Assembly (NCBI GenBank): GCA_031291675.1
Contig: JARLIO010000084.1
Location: 10,282-74,281, forward strand
DNA: 64,000 bases
Reading direction: 5' to 3'
DNA from: Azospirillaceae bacterium
GTDB lineage: Bacteria; Pseudomonadota; Alphaproteobacteria; Azospirillales; Azospirillaceae
Notes under the pieces: model-generated
Database searches by the model: none
Told to the model about the DNA's origin: nothing
The model's input: the letters and a program-made list of their open reading frames with translations, nothing else
In this document: one piece after another, positions 1 to 9,109 of the stretch
How the letters are laid out: every line of letters starts with the position of its first letter
Numbering within the stretch: position 1 is the stretch's first letter
Position numbers and translations under genes: made by a program

Positions 1-144
1 AGACAAAATGGCATTTCACGGACGGGGACGTTCGCCCCGGGTCGCGGGACGCCGAAGAACCGGGCAGGCGATCGCCCTCGACCCTCGGGGTGCCCCGCGG
101 CTGGCCGGATAGGCCAGCCCGGTGACCGGGCTCGCATCAACGCA

Positions 145-1128
145 TCAATATTCCATGCGCCACATATAGCGGCGGACGGTGAGCGGGTGGCCACGACTGT
201 CCGCCAGTTTGACGGCATAGCCGCGCAGCAAGGCCGCGAACATCATCGGTGTCAGATACTCCGCCGCAGGGCCGGCGAGTTCCTCGATCCCGAAGCTCCG
301 GGCGTCGAGGACGGTCAAGCGCTGGCTGTATTTTTGGGCGAAGGCCAAAGCCCGTTCGTCCATCGTCCGCCCGGCGCCCAGGCCAAGCAGAATGACGAAA
401 GGAACATCGAAATCGGTGATCTCGAACGGTCCGTGAAAATACTCCCCGGCGTGGATCGCGGCGGCATGCACCCATTGCATTTCCTGGAGAATGCAGATCG
501 CGAAGGAATAGGCCGTCCCGTAGTTGGCGGCGCTGGCCATGGTATAGATCACCGGTTCGCGCTTATGGCTTTCGGCGAAGGCGGCAATGGCCGGTGCCTG
601 TTCGGCGAGCAGCTTTTCGGTTTTCGCGGGAATGGCTTCCAGCGTCCGCGCGATCGCCGCGCTCTTGGTGTTGCCCTCACGGGTTGCGAGGATGCCAAAG
701 GCAAGGCTGATCAACAGCGGCGCATTGTGCGTCGGCGTAATCGTCAAAGGGTCGAAGGTGTAGAGAATGGCGTGGTCGGATTCGCGATCGAGCGGCGAAC
801 CGGCGGCATGGGTGAAACCGATCACCAGCGCGCCGCTGTTGCGCGCGAAACGGGCCGCCGCGACCGTCTCCGGTGTCGTCCCGGAATGGGAGCAGAGGAT
901 GACGACACTGGTCTTGCCCAGGCGTTTGGGTGCGCGATTGAGGAATTCGGCTGCGTTGATCGCGAACCCGGCGATCGAGGCCGACTCACGCTCGATGATG
1001 TATTGACCGCTCATCATCAAGGCGTAGGAGCCACCGCACGCCACGAAATAGATTTCCGTGACCTGTTCGCGGGCTGCGACCGCTTTCAACGCGACTTCGA
1101 GACCCGTCGCCACTTCTGACGTCGACAT
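145..1128 (-). CDS. SIS-domain sugar-amine phosphate deglycase (FrlB-like)
   Basis: Motifs YFVACGGS, CSHSGTTPET, AICILQEMQW, GEYFHGPFE and C-terminal HPLTVRRYMWRMEY are typical of the FrlB/GlmS-SIS family. Start trimmed to ATG 1128, preceded by a GAAAGG SD; the longer ORF runs through a MITE. Confidence 0.85.
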   Translation of the reverse strand: MSTSEVATGLEVALKAVAAREQVTEIYFVACGGSYALMMSGQYIIERESASIAGFAINAAEFLNRAPKRLGKTSVVILCSHSGTTPETVAAARFARNSGALVIGFTHAAGSPLDRESDHAILYTFDPLTITPTHNAPLLISLAFGILATREGNTKSAAIARTLEAIPAKTEKLLAEQAPAIAAFAESHKREPVIYTMASAANYGTAYSFAICILQEMQWVHAAAIHAGEYFHGPFEITDFDVPFVILLGLGAGRTMDERALAFAQKYSQRLTVLDARSFGIEELAGPAAEYLTPMMFAALLRGYAVKLADSRGHPLTVRRYMWRMEY

Positions 1129-1140
1129 GAGGAACCTTTC

Positions 1141-1160
1141 ATGATGTCCTATGACGTCAT
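1141..1160. promoter_or_regulatory. Putative GntR/HutC (FrlR-type) operator
   Basis: Imperfect palindrome ATGATGTC-CTAT-GACGTCAT containing GT-N2-TA-N2-AC (1146-1155). It lies between a minus-strand TTGACA (1185-1190) and the SIS gene start. Confidence 0.6.
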
Positions 1161-1250
1161 ATTGATACGCAAGGACTGCCAGCCTGTCAATCTTCCGTTT
1201 TCGGGATCCTGTTTCCGCTTCGCGGTGCCACAACGGCACCAACGCTTGAT

Positions 1251-1413
1251 CAGCGATTCCCATTCTGGCTGTCGGCCCGCGGGCTGCCGCCCGCACCGGC
1301 TCGGGGTAAACCCCGAATCCCCCTCTCTTTTGACAAAAACAAAGGGGTCTGAGGCAATGCCCCCGGGTCTGGGCGAAAGCCCAACGCGTCGTCGCCAAAA
1401 ATGAGAACCCCTG
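1251..1413 (+). mobile_element. MITE copy 1 (degenerate termini, no TSD)
   Basis: Ends CAGCGATTCCCATTCTGGC ... GCCAAAAATGAGAACCCCTG; core aligns with copies at 3609, 11442 and 19124. Confidence 0.85.
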
Positions 1414-1583
1414 AAACACGGGTGTCAGGGTTGCCGGGAACACGACGTGGCCCCATGATGCGGAATTCCGCCCGGGGGGTTGCCCGTCACAGCATGTTCG
1501 CGCCACAATGCCCCGGGCAGACCGCTTGGTGCCGCCGTCGGTTCTGGTATTCAAGGAAAGTGCCTTTGGAGGGGAATAGCGTC

Positions 1584-2321
1584 TTGGCTGCAACGAAACC
1601 TGGTCTGGTTCGGCAGGATCTGTCGCCGCTCTACCTGCAGCTCAAAAACAATCTTCTGGAAGCCATCGCCGACGGACGCTATGCCCCCGGGGACCCGTTG
1701 CCGACGGAACAGCAGCTCTGCGCCGCCTTTGGCGTCAGCCGCATCACGGTCCGCCGCGCCGTCAGCGAACTGCAGGACGAGGGCATCCTGGAAAAACGCC
1801 ACGGCAAGGGCACCTTCGTATCCTTCCGTCGCATGCAAACCAGTCTCGTCGATCTTGCCGGCTTCTCTGAATCTTACTCGCTGCAAGGTTTTGCCGTACA
1901 CAGCGTGATCCTTGACGTCGTCGAGACCAAGGCCGGCCCGCTTTTGGCGCGAAAGCTGTCCGTGGGCGAGAACGCCCCGATTCTATCGGTAACACGTCTC
2001 ATCAGCGCCAACGGCGTGCCGATGACGATCGATGCCGCCGAATTTCCGCTCGGTCGGTTTCCGGATCTTGCCGGGCAGATTGGTGACGATACGTCGATCT
2101 ATCGTATCCTGAAAAGCTGCTATAAGCATGAGGTGAAACACGCCGAGCGGATCATCAATGTCCGTCTTGCGAGCTCTCGCGAGCGTGACATCTTGAACTG
2201 CAAACTGGGTGAGCCGCTGTTTGAGATCGAGAAGATCGTGTCGGATGCGGCGCAGATTCCGATGCAACGCTCGATTCTGCTGACATCCACCAACCGTATC
2301 AGCCTGACCATCCGGATTTGA
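1584..2321 (+). CDS. GntR family (HutC/UTRA) transcriptional regulator, FrlR-like
   Basis: wHTH motif LPTEQQLCAAFGVSRITVRRAVSELQDEGILEKRHGKGTFV plus a UTRA-like C-terminus; TTG start after GGAGGGG. Confidence 0.88.
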   Translation: MAATKPGLVRQDLSPLYLQLKNNLLEAIADGRYAPGDPLPTEQQLCAAFGVSRITVRRAVSELQDEGILEKRHGKGTFVSFRRMQTSLVDLAGFSESYSLQGFAVHSVILDVVETKAGPLLARKLSVGENAPILSVTRLISANGVPMTIDAAEFPLGRFPDLAGQIGDDTSIYRILKSCYKHEVKHAERIINVRLASSRERDILNCKLGEPLFEIEKIVSDAAQIPMQRSILLTSTNRISLTIRI

Positions 2322-2447
2322 CCGGTGAAAGGCTGAATCGCCTTTTCAAAGGCGATCGAACATACTGTGCTTGATGGCGTCAGCTCTCATGACTGCGGCC
2401 AAGTACCCTGGCTGCCCACACGGGCCCGAAGCGGGCAAAGGACAAGG

Positions 2448-2930
2448 ATGGGCAAACTGATCCCTCTCGTCATCATCGCGGTACCGTTGATCGAGATCGC
2501 CGGTTTCGTTCTCGTCGGTCACATCCTTGGCGTCGCCGGAACCCTGGCGCTGGTTGTGCTGTCGACAGCCTGGGGCCTGACGCTGGTTCGCCGTCAGGGC
2601 TTCAGCACCTTGATCCGCCTTCAGGAGGTTGTCGCGCGGCGCCAGACACCGGTTCAGCCGCTGTTCGAGGGCCTGTGTCTGGGCCTGGCCGGGGCGCTGT
2701 TCATCATCCCCGGTTTCTTCACGGATCTGGTTGCGCTGGGCCTGCTGATACCAGCGCTGCGGCGACGGCTGTTCCGGCTGATCGGTCGTCGTGTCACCAT
2801 TCGCGGCGATGATGACGGGCCGGATCCCGGTGCCACGGTGATCAATGGTGAGTTCCAGGAGATCGCCGGTGAAATCGAACCGCCGGGTCAAAGCCGATGG
2901 CGCCCACCCGGGTCACCGTTTCGGCCCTGA
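2448..2930 (+). CDS. fxsA: FxsA family membrane protein
   Basis: Motifs PLIEIAGF and PGFFTDLVALGLLIP; near secB. Confidence 0.85.
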   Translation: MGKLIPLVIIAVPLIEIAGFVLVGHILGVAGTLALVVLSTAWGLTLVRRQGFSTLIRLQEVVARRQTPVQPLFEGLCLGLAGALFIIPGFFTDLVALGLLIPALRRRLFRLIGRRVTIRGDDDGPDPGATVINGEFQEIAGEIEPPGQSRWRPPGSPFRP

Positions 2931-3018
2931 CCTTCCGGCGCGGAACCGGGCGTGCCCAGGCCAACAACAAAGGCCGGTGCCGCGAACGGCACGGCCCGCG
3001 GCTTCACATCGGATTGCC

Positions 3019-3534
3019 ATGATTTTGCTGCGACACGGCCAATCGGAATTCAACGTCCACTACGCGGCAACCGGCCGCGATCCGGGCATTCGCGACGCAC
3101 CCTTGACCGAAGCCGGCCGTCACCAGGCCAGGATTGCCGCCACCCGGCTGGCTGGCCGGGTCGATCGCCTGATCGCCAGCCCCTATCGACGCGCCCTGGA
3201 AACAGCCGGCATCATTGCCGAACAGCTAGCATTGCCGCTGACGATCACGGCGCTGTGCGGTGAACACGGGCTGTTCAGCTGCGACGTTGGCACCCCGGCC
3301 TCACAGCTCGCGGTCACCTGGCCGCAATGGGATTTTTCGGCCCTGCCGGAAATCTGGTGGCCCGAAAGCGGCGAAACCCTGCGCCAGGTGCAGCGACGCG
3401 CCGCCGCTTTCCGCACTCTGATTGCCGGTGAGGACGACCATGACGCCATTGCCATCATCAGCCATTGGGGCTTCATCCGCGCCTTGACCGGCGAAGAGCT
3501 GCCAAACTGCGGAATGGTTGTCACAACACCCTGA
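3019..3534 (+). CDS. Histidine phosphatase family protein
   Basis: Motifs LLRHGQS, ASPYRRALETA and ISHWGFI. Confidence 0.85.
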   Translation: MILLRHGQSEFNVHYAATGRDPGIRDAPLTEAGRHQARIAATRLAGRVDRLIASPYRRALETAGIIAEQLALPLTITALCGEHGLFSCDVGTPASQLAVTWPQWDFSALPEIWWPESGETLRQVQRRAAAFRTLIAGEDDHDAIAIISHWGFIRALTGEELPNCGMVVTTP

Positions 3535-3608
3535 TCGCGAAGGTGCCGCCCGTGACGGGCTGGCGCGGGCCCGCCCTGGATAATCCGCAGCGAAACGCCG
3601 CTTCAACC

Positions 3609-3774
3609 CACCCGTTCTCATTTTGGCTGTGGGCCCGCGGGCTGCCGCACGCACGCGCTCGGAGTGAACCCCGAACCCCCCCTCTGTTTTGACAAAAACA
3701 AGAGGGTCTGGGGCATAGCCCCCGTTGGGTTTGAGCGAAAGCCCAACGCGTCGTCGCCAAAATGAGAACCGCTG
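3609..3774 (+). mobile_element. MITE copy 2 with 9-bp TSD GCTTCAACC
   Basis: Ends CACCCGTTCTCATTTTGGC ... GCCAAAATGAGAACCGCTG; direct repeat GCTTCAACC at 3600-3608 and 3775-3783. Confidence 0.92.
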
Positions 3775-3867
3775 GCTTCAACCCGGAGCGGTTGTCGCCC
3801 CGGGTCGTTCCGTGGTAGCCACTGCGCAGCGCCGGCGGCGCGGTATCATACTCGCGGGAGAACATTC

Positions 3868-4368
3868 ATGTCTGATCAGCCCACTGCGGGCGCCAATGGC
3901 ACCGGATCTGAAGGATCCGAAGCACCGTTGAATCTGCCAATCACGATCAATGCTCAATATATCAAGGACCTGTCGTTCGAGAATCCGAACGCGCCGCGTA
4001 GCCTCCAGGCTGGCCAACCGACACCACGGGTGTCGGTTTCAGTCGATGTCGACGCCACCGGGCTCGCTGAAAATCTGTTTGAGGTCGTGCTCTCACTGAC
4101 CGCAAAGGCAGCCCACGATGACACCACGGTGTTCATTGCCGAGTTGAGCTATGGCGCGGTTGTGACCCTGACAGAGATTCCCAAGGAGCACGTTGCTCCG
4201 GTCCTGTTCATCGAGGTGGCGCGCCTGCTGTTCCCCTTCGCCCGCCAGATCATCTCGGGCGTCACCAGCCAGGGCGGTTTCCCGCCGTTGCTGATCAATC
4301 CCGTCGACTTTGCCGATCTGTTCCGCCGCAAGGCCGACCAGGCGCAGGAAACCCAGGGCGAGGCCTGA
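3868..4368 (+). CDS. secB: Protein-export chaperone SecB
   Basis: Motifs INAQYIKDLSFENPNAP, LLFPFARQII and GGFPPLLINPVDF. Confidence 0.97.
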   Translation: MSDQPTAGANGTGSEGSEAPLNLPITINAQYIKDLSFENPNAPRSLQAGQPTPRVSVSVDVDATGLAENLFEVVLSLTAKAAHDDTTVFIAELSYGAVVTLTEIPKEHVAPVLFIEVARLLFPFARQIISGVTSQGGFPPLLINPVDFADLFRRKADQAQETQGEA

Positions 4369-4390
4369 GCCTCGATCCGTTCGATGTCAA

Positions 4391-4420
4391 ATCAGGGCAA
4401 CGACGCTCCGTTGCCCTGAT
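4391..4420. terminator. Hairpin between convergent secB and rho
   Basis: 12-bp stem ATCAGGGCAACG / CGTTGCCCTGAT with a 6-nt loop; no strong U-tract. Confidence 0.55.
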
Positions 4421-4448
4421 ACCAGGCTGGTAAGATCAGGGATCCCGC

Positions 4449-5705
4449 TTACTGATTCATCGATTCGAAGAATTCAGAGTTCGTCTTGGTATGCTTGAGC
4501 TTATCAAGCAGGAAGTCGACCGAATCCGTGATCCCCATCGGCAATAGGATACGCCGCAAGACCCACATCTTCGAGATCGTCGAGCGATCCACAAGCAGCT
4601 CTTCCTTCCGGGTCCCAGACTTGGTGATGTCGATGGCCGGGAATGTTCGCTTGTCCGACAGTTTGCGGTCAAGAATGATTTCCGAGTTGCCGGTGCCTTT
4701 GAATTCTTCAAAGATCACTTCGTCCATGCGGCTGCCGGTGTCGATCAGGGCGGTGGCGATAATCGTCAGAGAGCCACCCTCCTCGATATTGCGGGCGGCA
4801 CCGAAGAAACGCTTGGGACGCTGCAGCGCATTGGCGTCGACACCGCCGGTCAACACCTTGCCGGAGCTGGGGACGACGGTGTTGTAGGCGCGCGCCAATC
4901 GCGTGATCGAGTCCAGCAGGATCACCACGTCGCGCTTGTGTTCGACCAGACGCTTGGCCTTTTCGATGACCATTTCGGCAACCTGGACGTGGCGGGCCGC
5001 CGGCTCATCGAATGTCGAACTGATGACTTCGCCCCGGACCGAACGGGCCATGTCGGTCACTTCTTCGGGTCGCTCATCGATCAGCAGAACGATCAGATAG
5101 ACTTCCGGATGATTGCTGGCGATCGAATGCGCGATGTTCTGCAACATCACGGTCTTGCCCGTCCGCGGTGGCGCGACGATCAAGGCCCGCTGGCCTTTAC
5201 CCAGCGGGGCGACCAGATCGATAATTCGGCTGGTGAAATTCTTTTTGGTCGGGTCTTCGATTTCAAGGCGGAGCCGCTCCTCAGGATAGAGCGGGGTCAG
5301 ATTGTCAAAATTGATCCGATGACGCACTTTGTCGGGCGTATCGAAATTGATCGTGTTGACCTTCAACAGCGCGAAGTAACGTTCGCCATCTTTTGGCGCA
5401 CGGATCTGACCTTCAACGGTATCACCCGTGCGCAAGCCGAACCGCCGGACCTGGCTCGGCGAGACATAGATGTCATCGGGGCCGGGAAGATAGTTTGCCT
5501 CGGGTGAACGCAGGAAACCGAACCCATCCTGAAGAATCTCCAGTACACCATCGCCGAAAATGGGCACATCGTTCTCGGCGAGCTGTTTCAAGATCGCAAA
5601 CATCATGTCCTGCTTGCGCAGGGCGCTGGCATTCTCGATTTGCAGCTCTTCGGCAAACGCCAACAGCTCAGCCGGCGTCTTGCACTTGAGTTCCTGGAGG
5701 TTCAT
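4449..5705 (-). CDS. rho: Transcription termination factor Rho
   Basis: Motifs [32 protein letters not shown] and FEEFKGTGN. Confidence 0.98.
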   Translation of the reverse strand: MNLQELKCKTPAELLAFAEELQIENASALRKQDMMFAILKQLAENDVPIFGDGVLEILQDGFGFLRSPEANYLPGPDDIYVSPSQVRRFGLRTGDTVEGQIRAPKDGERYFALLKVNTINFDTPDKVRHRINFDNLTPLYPEERLRLEIEDPTKKNFTSRIIDLVAPLGKGQRALIVAPPRTGKTVMLQNIAHSIASNHPEVYLIVLLIDERPEEVTDMARSVRGEVISSTFDEPAARHVQVAEMVIEKAKRLVEHKRDVVILLDSITRLARAYNTVVPSSGKVLTGGVDANALQRPKRFFGAARNIEEGGSLTIIATALIDTGSRMDEVIFEEFKGTGNSEIILDRKLSDKRTFPAIDITKSGTRKEELLVDRSTISKMWVLRRILLPMGITDSVDFLLDKLKHTKTNSEFFESMNQ

Positions 5706-5997
5706 GCGAGTCCTGTGGGACAGATCAACGGCTGATCGCCGGATACTGATGGGGGATCGGGATGGTCGAGGGATGCGGACAAAGTCCACCACCTGCCGTT
5801 ACCGGCAGAGGCTGCAGGACCTATTGTATCCGCCCTTGGCGTCCGGGTGACAGACGCCAGAGAATATAGAGGATTCTCTTGGAAAACAGCTTTTTGACAA
5901 ACCGATCGTTAGCCTAACCATGCCGTCAAGTCAAATGATTCTGCGCCGGCCATCGCGGTGCCCGGCACGCCGGAGTCAATTTCCGATGCGCGGTGTC

Positions 5998-6429
5998 TCA
6001 AAATGGTTTCACTATGACCATGATCACGATCACGATCATCAGCAGGGTCGGGACTTCGTTGGCGATCCGATAAAATCGCGCAGATCGCTGATTGCGGTCA
6101 AGCGCGAAATCTTTGCGCCAGCGACCCATCAGATGATGCACCCAGGTCAGGGCCAGGACCATCAAAATTTTGACGTGAAGCCAACCATCCGTCAACCAGC
6201 CGGGCGTCAGCCAGAGCATCCAGATTGCCGCGGCATAGGTGACGACCATTGCCGGATTCATGATGAAGCGCAACAGCTTGCGTTCCATGACCTTGAACGT
6301 TGCCGACGCCTCGGAGGTGGGCGCGACACCGCAGTGATAGACAAACAGCCGCGGCAGATAGAGCAATCCGGCCATCCAGGAAATCACGGCGATGACGTGG
6401 GCCGCTTTGACCCAGCTATACAGATCCAC
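5998..6429 (-). CDS. hemJ: Protoporphyrinogen oxidase HemJ
   Basis: Motifs KAAHVIAVISWMAGLLYLPRLFVYH and YRIANEVPT...VKPF; GTG start after GAGGGAG. Confidence 0.93.
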   Translation of the reverse strand: MDLYSWVKAAHVIAVISWMAGLLYLPRLFVYHCGVAPTSEASATFKVMERKLLRFIMNPAMVVTYAAAIWMLWLTPGWLTDGWLHVKILMVLALTWVHHLMGRWRKDFALDRNQRSARFYRIANEVPTLLMIVIVIMVIVKPF

Positions 6430-6433
6430 GATA

Positions 6434-7531
6434 TCAGACTCCCTCTTGACGGGTCGCCGTGGCACCGGATCCGTCGGTCGCCGCCAAGGCGCAACCGCAA
6501 AAACCGGATGGGCAGGTTCGGCCACCGGCGTCGCTGTCCAGGCCGTCACCGCGATCGCTTGCCAACCGGCGGCGCACCAGGCGGCTTAAGCCGAGAATAA
6601 AATCGGGGTGGGTGCCAACCGCCGGGACGCTGGCAAAATAGGGAACTCCCTGGCTTTCAGCGCGATGGCGATATTCGATCGCGATTTCGACCAGGGTCTC
6701 GGAATGTTCGGAAACGAAAGCGATCGGCGCCATCACGACCGGAACCCGGTCACGCGCCGCCCGATCAATTTCGGCATCTGCGGCGGGTTCGATCCATTTG
6801 AGCGGTCCGACCCGGCTCTGATAGCAACCGACCCAGTCAAGATCAGGCCGGTTCAGCGCCGCGATGATGGCCTGGCAGGTCTGCTGACATTGCCATTGAT
6901 AGGGGTCGCCGGCAGCAACCACCCGCTTTGGCAGACCATGCGCCGAAAGCAGCAGGCGGGGACGCCCGTGACGTTCAGCCTCGGCCAGCGCCGGCTCGAT
7001 CAGCGCCACAGCGGCCTGGATAAAGCCGGTGTCGGTGGGATAACAGCACAGCGCCCGGGTTGGCACGTCGAGCCCGGCGATCCGGGCAGCGCGATGCCAG
7101 GCTTTGAGGCTCGAGGCGGTCGTCGTCTGCGACCACTGGGGATAAAGCGGCAGCAGCAGGATGCGGTCCGGAGCGTAAGCCTTGACCGCTTGCGCCACCT
7201 CGTCACTCATCGGATGCCAATAACGCATCGCGATAAAGATCTGCAGCGGTTCCAAGTCCGACAGAGCGGCCTTTAGCGCCGCCGCCTGGGCCTCGGTGTT
7301 GGGCAGCAGGGGTGACCGTCCACCAATCTGCTCATAGATCACCTGGGCGGTCTTGTGGCGCCGGCGGGCAATGGCATAAGCGACGAACAAACGCAGCAAG
7401 CCGGGAAGAGCGATGATCGCCGGGTCTGCGAACAGGTTGAACAGGAAAGGGCGCACGGCATCGGGACAATCCGGGCCACCGAGATTGAACAGGACGATCG
7501 CGGTTTTCCGGGGGGCGCTGGTCTCAACCAT
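6434..7531 (-). CDS. hemH: Ferrochelatase
   Basis: Motifs LFNLGGP, AMRYWHP, SAHGLP, YQSRVGP and FVSEHSETLVEI. Confidence 0.96.
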   Translation of the reverse strand: MVETSAPRKTAIVLFNLGGPDCPDAVRPFLFNLFADPAIIALPGLLRLFVAYAIARRRHKTAQVIYEQIGGRSPLLPNTEAQAAALKAALSDLEPLQIFIAMRYWHPMSDEVAQAVKAYAPDRILLLPLYPQWSQTTTASSLKAWHRAARIAGLDVPTRALCCYPTDTGFIQAAVALIEPALAEAERHGRPRLLLSAHGLPKRVVAAGDPYQWQCQQTCQAIIAALNRPDLDWVGCYQSRVGPLKWIEPAADAEIDRAARDRVPVVMAPIAFVSEHSETLVEIAIEYRHRAESQGVPYFASVPAVGTHPDFILGLSRLVRRRLASDRGDGLDSDAGGRTCPSGFCGCALAATDGSGATATRQEGV

Positions 7532-7570
7532 ATCGGGTCGGGGCACGGGGATATCGGTCTCGCGCTGTGG

Positions 7571-8611
7571 TTAATGGGGCCAGGATTTGATCAGTTCGGC
7601 CAGATCGGCGACATGCTCGGGTGGCGTGCTTTGAACCACCCCATGGCCGAGATTGAAGATGAAGGGCTTGGGCCCGAGCGTGTGCAGGATTTCATGGACG
7701 GCTTCGGCCATCGGTGAGCCGCCGGCGACCAGCAGAACCGGATCGAGGTTACCCTGGATTGGCAGTCGGGTCTGCAATGTCCGTGCGGCCCAGATTAACG
7801 GCACCGTGGTGTCGAGTGCAAGCGCATCAATTCCGGTGCCGCGGACATAATCGAGATAAAGCAATCCAGCGCCGCGGGGAAAACCGATGATGGGAATCTC
7901 GGGATTGTGGGTCTTGAGGGCGGTGACGATCCGACGCGTCGGTTCGATGACAAAACGCCGGAACGCGGGTTCGGGCAGAACACCGGCCCAACTGTCGAAC
8001 AGCTGGATGGCTTCGACACCGGTGCGGATCTGGGCCGAGAGATAATCGATCGTGGCATCGACGATCAGATCAATCAGCGCGGAAAAACCGGCCGGGTCGC
8101 GATACGCCCAGCGTTTGACCTCGACGAACTCTTTTGTTGCGCCGCCTTCGACCATGTAGGTGGCGATGGTCCAGGGTGATCCGGCAAACCCGATCAGGGC
8201 GGTGTGCGCCGGGATGGCGGTTTTAAGCCGGTCAATCGTTTCATAAACCGGCGCCAGGGTCTGGTGGAACCGCTCCTGGGACAGGCGGAGAAGATCCTGT
8301 GTGGTTCGGATCGGCTCGAGCCTGGGGCCTTCCCCGTCGAGATAATCCAGCTTTTGCCCCAGGGCATGGGGCACGACCAGAATGTCGGAAAACAGAATGG
8401 CCGCATCCATGTCATAGCGCCGGAGCGGTTGCAATGTGACCTCGGTGGCCAGGGCGGGATCGAAGCAAAGAGCGAGAAAGCTGCCAGCCTGCGTGCGAAC
8501 GGCACGGTATTCCGGGAGATAGCGGCCGGCTTGGCGCATCAACCAAAATGGCGGTCGCGACGAGGTTTTGCCGGTTAATGTCCGGAGGAAAAGCTTGTTG
8601 GGAAAGGTCAT
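7571..8611 (-). CDS. hemE: Uroporphyrinogen decarboxylase
   Basis: Motifs WLMRQAGRYLPEY, AAILFSDIL and IFNLGHG. Confidence 0.97.
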   Translation of the reverse strand: MTFPNKLFLRTLTGKTSSRPPFWLMRQAGRYLPEYRAVRTQAGSFLALCFDPALATEVTLQPLRRYDMDAAILFSDILVVPHALGQKLDYLDGEGPRLEPIRTTQDLLRLSQERFHQTLAPVYETIDRLKTAIPAHTALIGFAGSPWTIATYMVEGGATKEFVEVKRWAYRDPAGFSALIDLIVDATIDYLSAQIRTGVEAIQLFDSWAGVLPEPAFRRFVIEPTRRIVTALKTHNPEIPIIGFPRGAGLLYLDYVRGTGIDALALDTTVPLIWAARTLQTRLPIQGNLDPVLLVAGGSPMAEAVHEILHTLGPKPFIFNLGHGVVQSTPPEHVADLAELIKSWPH

Positions 8612-9109
8612 CGGGCGGCTCCCTGTCGCGTGGTGGCTGGATCCATCTACAATGATGAAAATCGTATGTTGTAAGAATGTTGTAGTAGTTGGTCATGTGA
8701 AAAATGGGGATTAGACTCTGTCCCCGAGTTTTCCACAGAGCGTGGCGACCGGTGCGATGGGTGTGGAGGAATCGGCGGCGATGGGTTGGAGACTCCGTGG
8801 ATTCCCAACAATTCACCGGTGTCTGTGGATAACGGGGATAAATCGAGTCGCGGAGAGGCTGTTCAGGGAGCGCAGGGCGGTCAAAAGAGTTGTCCCCAGG
8901 GCCGGTAACGCTGTCGACGAAAAGATGGTGTTCGGTGATAGAATCAGGCAGCCTGGGAGAAAGAGGCGACTTACCCCCGGTATCGGGCAATCTGTCCACA
9001 GCGTTGTACCGGGGTGCGGGGGAACGCGGGGGTCCTTCGCGAGGACCGTCGAGAGCAAGTGTGTGCGTGTCTTGATCGACGCGCTTCTGCAACCAATACG
9101 ATCAATATC
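8612..9109. other. Probable chromosomal replication origin (oriC)
   Basis: Perfect DnaA box TGTGGATAA at 8824-8832; near-boxes TTTTCCACA (8729-8737) and CTGTCCACA (8992-9000); AT-rich tract about 8649-8713; six GANTC sites between 8714 and 8945. The hemE / PPDK-regulator interval is the known oriC position in Caulobacter and Rhizobiales. Confidence 0.85.

Noticed and set aside
1..14. Possible start (ATG at 14, minus strand) of a gene downstream of the SIS gene
   Set aside because: Only four codons are visible; cannot be supported from this window.
1129..1593. 154-aa N-terminal extension of the SIS ORF (145..1593), and extensions of gntR (from 1401), coaE (from 11415) and mnmG (from 19275)
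   Set aside because: The extensions are read-through of MITE sequence; family motifs begin at the downstream starts.
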